Shown here piece after piece: positions 58,549 through 64,000 of a stretch of 64,000 nucleotides of DNA; position 1 is the first letter of the stretch; each line of letters starts with the position of its first letter. The notes under the pieces were generated by a model, which did not search any database, was not told the DNA's origin, and saw only the letters and a program-made list of their open reading frames with translations. The stretch lies in NCBI GenBank assembly GCA_017484205.1, contig JAFUTO010000002.1, positions 16,334 to 80,333 on the forward strand, given 5' to 3'. The position numbers and the translations under genes are program-made. This stretch comes from Bacilli bacterium (lineage in GTDB: Bacteria; Bacillota_I; Bacilli_A; RF39; UBA660).

Positions 58549-59427
58549 ATGAATCCGATAGAAGAATTTAAAAAATACTTACTTATTGATCGACATTATA
58601 GTGATAATACTATATCTAGTTATATGAATGATTTAGATATATATTTTGAGTATCTAAGCAAAAAGAAATTAGATTATAAAAATATCAATACTAACGATAT
58701 AAGAGAGTATTTAAAATATATAAATAACAAAGACGAAAGAACAGTAGCTCACCAAATTTCTGTTTTAAGAGGATTTTATAAATACTTAATAATGGAAAAT
58801 ACTATAAAAATAAGCCCTATGGAAAATATTGATTTACCTAAATTATCAAAGAAATTACCCAATGTACTTAGTGTAGAAGAAGTAGATAAATTATTAGATA
58901 TTAATCTTAATACAATGTATGATTATAGAAATAAAGCGATGTTAGAATTAATGTATGCTACTGGTCTACGTGTATCAGAGTTAGTTAATTTAAAATTAGA
59001 AGATGTTGATTTAAATAACGCGATTGTAAGGACAATGGGCAAAGGATCTAAGGAACGTATTGTTCCATTTGGTGATTATGCTTTAAAGGCATTATATGTA
59101 TATATTAATGAATATAGAGGATTATTTTTTAAGAAAGAAGTATCTGAATATTTATTTTTAAATAATCATGGTAAACAAATGACTAGACAAGGTTTCTTTA
59201 AAATGCTTAAAGGTATTGCATTGGAAAAAGGAATAGATGTGGAATTATCACCACATACTTTAAGACATTCATTTGCAACTCATTTGCTTAATGGTGGAGC
59301 TGATTTAAGAAGTATACAAGAGATGTTAGGACATTCTAATCTATCAACTACTGAAATATATACTAATATAAGTAGAGAAGAAATTAAGAAAAAATATCAT
59401 GAAACACATCCACATGGAGGTAAATAA
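58549..59427 (+). CDS. Tyrosine recombinase XerC/XerD family
   Basis: Conserved R..HxxR..Y catalytic region (HTLRHSFATHLLNGGADLRSIQEMLGHSNLSTTEIYT); N-terminal SAM-like domain; XerD versus XerC not resolved. Confidence 0.8.
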   Translation: MNPIEEFKKYLLIDRHYSDNTISSYMNDLDIYFEYLSKKKLDYKNINTNDIREYLKYINNKDERTVAHQISVLRGFYKYLIMENTIKISPMENIDLPKLSKKLPNVLSVEEVDKLLDINLNTMYDYRNKAMLELMYATGLRVSELVNLKLEDVDLNNAIVRTMGKGSKERIVPFGDYALKALYVYINEYRGLFFKKEVSEYLFLNNHGKQMTRQGFFKMLKGIALEKGIDVELSPHTLRHSFATHLLNGGADLRSIQEMLGHSNLSTTEIYTNISREEIKKKYHETHPHGGK

Positions 59428-60086
59428 TGGACTTATTTCAATATCAAGATTTAAAATATAAAGAATTTAATGATAAAATCCAAAATCAGAGCGTTTATCC
59501 TACTATTGGTATAAGAATACCTATTTTGAGAAAAATAGCCAGGGAGGTATCTAAAAACGATTATTTGGACTATATTAATAATAGACATACATATTGGGAA
59601 GAATATTTAATACATGGACTTATTATTGGATATATTAAGATACCTTTTAAAGATAAATTAATCCTATTAGATAATTTTATACCATATATATATGATTGGG
59701 CATTAGTTGATACTACAGTATCTAATTTAAAAGACTTTAAAAATAATCAAAGTGATGGATATAAATATATATTAAAACTTATTAATGGCAATACCTTTAG
59801 TATTAGATTTGGTTTAGTTTTGTTATTAGACTATTATATTAATGATGAATATATAGATAAAATATTTGATATAGTTTTAAATATAAAAAATGATGATTAT
59901 TATGTTATGATGGCCAAGGCATGGTTGTTATCATATACATATATGAAATATAAAGAAAAGACTATTGTCATTTTAAAAGATAAAAGATTATCTAGAAATA
60001 CAGTAAATAAAACAATATCAAAAGTATGTGATTCATATAGAGTTAGTACTATAGATAAAGAAGAAATTAAAAGATTAAGAAGATAG
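59427..60086 (+). CDS. DNA alkylation repair protein (AlkD/AlkC-like HEAT-repeat family)
   Basis: 219 aa; helical-repeat pattern typical of DNA_alkylation (PF08713)-type proteins; call by resemblance only. Confidence 0.45.
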   Translation: MDLFQYQDLKYKEFNDKIQNQSVYPTIGIRIPILRKIAREVSKNDYLDYINNRHTYWEEYLIHGLIIGYIKIPFKDKLILLDNFIPYIYDWALVDTTVSNLKDFKNNQSDGYKYILKLINGNTFSIRFGLVLLLDYYINDEYIDKIFDIVLNIKNDDYYVMMAKAWLLSYTYMKYKEKTIVILKDKRLSRNTVNKTISKVCDSYRVSTIDKEEIKRLRR

Positions 60087-60094
60087 GTGATAGT

Positions 60095-61024
60095 GTGAAA
60101 GCATTAGATGGAATGCTGGGTTTCGCGATAGGGGACGCAATGGGTGTGCCTATTGAGTTTATGGATAGAGAAATATTACTCGCAAAACCAGTTACTAAAA
60201 TGTTAGGTTATGGAAATTATGAAATAGAAAAAGGCCATTGGTCAGATGATACATCAATGTCTTTAGCAACCATGGATTCTTTAACTAAATGTAAGAAACT
60301 TGATTTAAATGATATGATGAAAAGATTTTGCAAATGGGTTAATGATGGAGAATACTCATCTACTGGGTTTGCTTACGATATAGGTGTATGTACTAAAATG
60401 GCTTTGATAAGATATTATAATGATAAAATGGCACCTTTAAAGTGTGGAGGTAAAGGTATTTCTGAAAATGGTAATGGGTCTTTGATGAGAATGTTTCCAA
60501 TAGCTTATTTTGCGTATAAAAAAGGATTAACAAATGAACAAATTGAATATTTAGCAATTACTTCTTCTAGTATTACACACGCACATGAAATATCTACATT
60601 ATCATGTTATATCTATTTGATGTATATAAATTTTATATTAAATGGATATGATAAATACGATAGTTATAATAAATTAAAAGAAATAGATTATAGTATGTTT
60701 AAAAGAGAAACATTAAAACCATTTAAACGTATATTAGGTTCTGATATATCTAAATTAACTATAGATGATATAAAATCTACAGGATATGTATTATATACAT
60801 TAGAAGCAGTATTATGGGTTATTTTAAACACAAATAACTATGCTGAAGCAATTGTTGGTGCAATAAACCTCGGTGGTGATACTGATACTATAGGCGCGAT
60901 TACTGGTTCTATAGCTGGATTATTATATGGAACTAAATCAATACCTGAAAATTGGATTAATGATTTAAAAGAATATAATTATTTACAAAAGATGTGTTCT
61001 AAATTTGAAGCATCATTAAAATAA
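60095..61024 (+). CDS. ADP-ribosylglycohydrolase family protein (DraG-like)
   Basis: N-terminal GMLGFAIGDAMGVPIEF and C-terminal GGDTDTIGAITGSIAGLLYG metal-binding motifs; GTG start with RBS aggtga. Confidence 0.75.
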   Translation: MKALDGMLGFAIGDAMGVPIEFMDREILLAKPVTKMLGYGNYEIEKGHWSDDTSMSLATMDSLTKCKKLDLNDMMKRFCKWVNDGEYSSTGFAYDIGVCTKMALIRYYNDKMAPLKCGGKGISENGNGSLMRMFPIAYFAYKKGLTNEQIEYLAITSSSITHAHEISTLSCYIYLMYINFILNGYDKYDSYNKLKEIDYSMFKRETLKPFKRILGSDISKLTIDDIKSTGYVLYTLEAVLWVILNTNNYAEAIVGAINLGGDTDTIGAITGSIAGLLYGTKSIPENWINDLKEYNYLQKMCSKFEASLK

Positions 61025-61124
61025 AATGTTATATAAAATAACATTTTTTTCATTTATAATTCTTTTTTATTTCACAATCTTTTCACATAAAATATCTATA
61101 CTTATTAGTGAAGGGAGAAAGAAT

Positions 61125-61808
61125 ATGGAAGAATTTAGAAGAGTTGAAATTAAATATTTACTAGATGAGGATCAATATCAAAGTTTAAAGAAAGAATTAG
61201 ATACTTATATTAAGCCAGATATATATCCGAATTCAGTAATTTGTAATATATATTTTGATAATGATGATTATGAATTAATCAATAAGTCAATAGATAAACC
61301 AATATATAAAGAAAAGGTAAGACTTAGAAGTTATAATACGCCTAATCATGATAGTATGGTATTTTTAGAAATAAAGAAAAAATATGAAGGTGTTGTTGGT
61401 AAAAGAAGAATTGCAGCTAGATTAGATGATATGAATGATTATTTATATAATAATAAAGAATTAAAAGATTCAGTAAATTATAGAGAAATTGATAACGTAA
61501 TAAAAAGAAACAATCTAAAGCCAAAAGTATATGTTGCTTATAATAGAGAGGCGTATTTAGGTGTAGAAGATGAATCTTTGCGAATTACGTTTGATAGTAA
61601 CTTAAGAACTAGAACTCTAGATTTAGATTTAAGTATGGGAGATTCTGGAAAACTATATTTTGATAAACCTATGTATATAGTTGAAATCAAAACATTAGAT
61701 TCAGTACCACTATACTTATCAAATATACTAAGTAAATTAAAGATATATCCTACTTCATTTTCGAAGATAGGAGCTATATATGAGAAAGGGATGATTTATA
61801 ATGTTTAA
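61125..61808 (+). CDS. VTC-domain (polyphosphate-polymerase-like) protein
   Basis: Starts RRVEIKYLL; overall VTC/CYTH-like pattern; start chosen at MEEFRR (RBS agggagaaag), not the ORF-track 61026. Confidence 0.5.
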   Translation: MEEFRRVEIKYLLDEDQYQSLKKELDTYIKPDIYPNSVICNIYFDNDDYELINKSIDKPIYKEKVRLRSYNTPNHDSMVFLEIKKKYEGVVGKRRIAARLDDMNDYLYNNKELKDSVNYREIDNVIKRNNLKPKVYVAYNREAYLGVEDESLRITFDSNLRTRTLDLDLSMGDSGKLYFDKPMYIVEIKTLDSVPLYLSNILSKLKIYPTSFSKIGAIYEKGMIYNV

Positions 61809-62457
61809 TAGTATAATAGATGGAAGTATAAGTTTACAAAGTGCATTAATAATTTTTATTAGCGCTGTAATATTAGGTTTAATTATTTCAGTAATTCATA
61901 TGAAATCAGATAAATGTAGTAAGAATATGGCAATAACACTAGCTACATTACCATTTTTAGTATCAATTGTAATTATTATGGTAAATGGTAATTTAGGTAC
62001 AGGTATCGCAGCTGTAGGTGCATTTAGTCTAGTTAGATTTAGATCAATACCTGGTAATTCTAAAGATATAGCTATGATATTCTTTGCAATGGCTGTAGGT
62101 TTAGCTTTAGGTACAGGTTATGTTGGATATGCTGTTATTGTTACAATAATTGGTTCGATTTTGATATTTATATTATCAAATACTAAATATGGTGAAAGTA
62201 ATAATAGTAGAATTCTTAGATTAACAGTACCGGAGGATGTTGATTATACTAAAGAATTCAATAAAATATTTGAAAAATATACAACTAGACATAATTTAGT
62301 AAAAGTTAAAACAACTAATTTAGGAAGTTTATTTGAATTAGCGTATGAAATTGATTTAAAAGGTAATGAAAAAGAGTTTATAGATGAACTTAGAACTCGT
62401 AATGGTAATTTAAAAGTAGCAATAGAAAGGAATGGTTTAAATAATGAAGAACTATAA
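61801..62457 (+). CDS. DUF4956-family membrane protein
   Basis: LVRFRSIPGNSKDIAMIFFAMAVGLALGTG motif with four TM helices; overlaps the VTC gene by 8 nt. Confidence 0.5.
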   Translation: MFNSIIDGSISLQSALIIFISAVILGLIISVIHMKSDKCSKNMAITLATLPFLVSIVIIMVNGNLGTGIAAVGAFSLVRFRSIPGNSKDIAMIFFAMAVGLALGTGYVGYAVIVTIIGSILIFILSNTKYGESNNSRILRLTVPEDVDYTKEFNKIFEKYTTRHNLVKVKTTNLGSLFELAYEIDLKGNEKEFIDELRTRNGNLKVAIERNGLNNEEL

Positions 62458-63967
62458 AATTATTATAGTTGTCATTATATTATTATTAGCTGGTGGAGTA
62501 GGGTACTATTTTATAAGTAAATATGATAGTACCATACCTCAAAGTGCGGTTAAAAATGCAACTAAATATGATGGTAATAAAACTACTATTAATTTAGATG
62601 ATTTAACATATGATGGTACTGGATTATCAATTGAAAATAATACTATATATATTGTATATGGTGGCACATATGAATTATCTGGCACAACCGAAGCTAATAT
62701 AGTAATTGAAACTATAGATGAAGAAGATGTTTATTTAATATTCAATGGAGTTAGTATAACTTCAGAAGAAGCCCCTATTTATATTTCGCAAGGTGATGTA
62801 TATATAACATTAGAAGATGGAACTACTAATTATATTGAATATACAAAAAAATATAGCGAAACAGAAGAAATCGATGGAGCAATATATGCATCTGATGATT
62901 TAGTGATAGATGGTACTGGATCATTAGAGGTAAAATCTACATATGATGGTATTGTATCAAAAGATACATTAACAATAGAAAATGGTACTTATGTAATCAA
63001 TGCCTCTGATGATGGTATAAGAGGTAAAGATATCTTAACTATCAATAATGGTAATTTTGAAATTACATCAGGTGGAGATGCTTTAAAATCAACAAATGAC
63101 ACAGATGCAGAATTAGGCAATATTATAATAAATGGTGGTACTTTTGAAATAACTGCATCAGGTGATGGTATAGCTGCAAATACAAATGTTACTATAGTAG
63201 ATGGTACATTCAATATCAAAACAGGTAATGGATATACTGCAACATCAAAAGCTGGTGACTTTGGAATGTGGAATAATACAACTAATAAAGATTCGAATGA
63301 TGAAAGCATCAAAGGTATTAAGGCTGGTAATTTAATCACTATAAGTGGTGGCACATTTACTTTAAATACTGAAGATGATGGGATCCATTCTAATGGTAAT
63401 ATTACAATAAGTGGTGGTAAATTTACTATTTCAAGTACTGATGATGCTATTCATGCAGACGGATTAGTAGAAATTAATGGTGGCGAATTTACAATTACTG
63501 CAAGTGAAGGAATTGAAGCTACTTATGTAAAAATAAATGATGGTAATATTACTATTGATGCAACTGACGATGGTATAAATGCAGGAAATAAATCTAATAG
63601 TTATTCAACTACTGTAGAGATTAATGGTGGAAATGTTACTATAAAAATGGCCAGCGGTGATACTGATGGTATTGATTCTAATGGTAATTTATATATTAAT
63701 GGTGGTACAATTAATATCACTTGTAATTCTCCATTTGATTATGATGGTGAAGCTAAATATAACGGAGGAACACTTATTGTTAATGGTAGTCAAACAACAT
63801 CTATTACTAATCAAATGATGGGTGGCCAAATGGGTGGAATGCAAGGCAATATGAATATGGCTCCACAAGAAGGAACTCAAGATAACATGCCACAAGGTAA
63901 TATGAATCGTGGAATGCAAGAAAATGGTCAAAATAATATGCAACAAGGTAGGGGAGGAAGAAGATAA
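62444..63967 (+). CDS. Membrane-anchored extracellular parallel beta-helix repeat protein (carbohydrate-binding-like) with M/Q/G/N-rich C-terminal tail
   Basis: N-terminal TM anchor; ~10 repeats of the [ITxxGG.FTI...DDGI.(A/S)] type typical of right-handed beta-helix; tail GGQMGGMQGNMNMAPQEG...; overlaps the DUF4956 gene by 14 nt. Confidence 0.55.
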   Translation: MKNYKIIIVVIILLLAGGVGYYFISKYDSTIPQSAVKNATKYDGNKTTINLDDLTYDGTGLSIENNTIYIVYGGTYELSGTTEANIVIETIDEEDVYLIFNGVSITSEEAPIYISQGDVYITLEDGTTNYIEYTKKYSETEEIDGAIYASDDLVIDGTGSLEVKSTYDGIVSKDTLTIENGTYVINASDDGIRGKDILTINNGNFEITSGGDALKSTNDTDAELGNIIINGGTFEITASGDGIAANTNVTIVDGTFNIKTGNGYTATSKAGDFGMWNNTTNKDSNDESIKGIKAGNLITISGGTFTLNTEDDGIHSNGNITISGGKFTISSTDDAIHADGLVEINGGEFTITASEGIEATYVKINDGNITIDATDDGINAGNKSNSYSTTVEINGGNVTIKMASGDTDGIDSNGNLYINGGTINITCNSPFDYDGEAKYNGGTLIVNGSQTTSITNQMMGGQMGGMQGNMNMAPQEGTQDNMPQGNMNRGMQENGQNNMQQGRGGRR

Positions 63968-64000
63968 TTCTTCCTTTTCTTTTATGAAAATTATGTGAAA

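Noticed and set aside
1-64000. Possibility of a Mollicutes-type genetic code (TGA=Trp), given the extreme AT richness
   Set aside because: TGA cleanly terminates well-aligned genes (e.g. holA at 24787-24789), Trp in conserved motifs is TGG, and all conserved proteins end at the expected length under code 11.

Overview
This window is a low-GC (~28% GC) Firmicutes/Clostridia-like chromosomal segment that uses the standard genetic code: TGA, TAA and TAG all terminate ORFs, and Trp is encoded by TGG.

Recognisable housekeeping genes are present: pnp, glyA, folD, a tRNA-Met(CAU), cls, queH, an OmpR-family two-component system, holA, rarA (minus strand), a xerC/D-like recombinase and an AlkD-like repair protein.

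Embedded among them is a large accessory locus that appears to encode a cell-surface cohesin-dockerin assembly system. No sequence in the window suggests plant cell-wall degradation.
- Two secreted putative peptidoglycan hydrolases (SH3b-like plus GH73-like glucosaminidase plus cadherin-like beta-sandwich) each end in a type-I dockerin. Each is followed by a gene for a cohesin-bearing type-I membrane protein.
- A 7149-aa secreted giant has nine ~350-aa glycine-rich domains (a recurring ELWGAxGG ... GGGATDVRL ... SRIMVAGGGGG ... GGGGGYYGG ... GGSSYISGY ... CSYHYSGY ... GNGYAKI signature), more than 40 cadherin-like beta-sandwich domains, a Big_2-like domain and a C-terminal dockerin.
- A 2358-aa protein carries an N-terminal cohesin-like module, about 24 cadherin-like domains and a C-terminal dockerin whose two Ca-binding segments are nearly identical at the DNA level. 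It looks like an adaptor scaffoldin.
- A third membrane-anchored cohesin protein follows it.

Other notable elements:
- A 600-nt ORF-free, GC-enriched region that has its own strong promoter and a terminator, and is a candidate structured ncRNA or leader.
- A 37-bp perfect direct repeat (each copy containing a bidirectional terminator) that abuts the tRNA-Met 3' end and brackets a 0.64-kb cassette.
- Two DinD/Bro-N-like paralogs that flank the ~34-kb adhesin locus; one is intact behind a triple TTTGTCGAA repeat, the other is truncated and frameshifted.
- A VTC-domain / DUF4956 / parallel beta-helix three-gene cluster.
- An AbrB-like gene followed by an ABC-2 transporter.

No CRISPR array, IS element or transposase was found.
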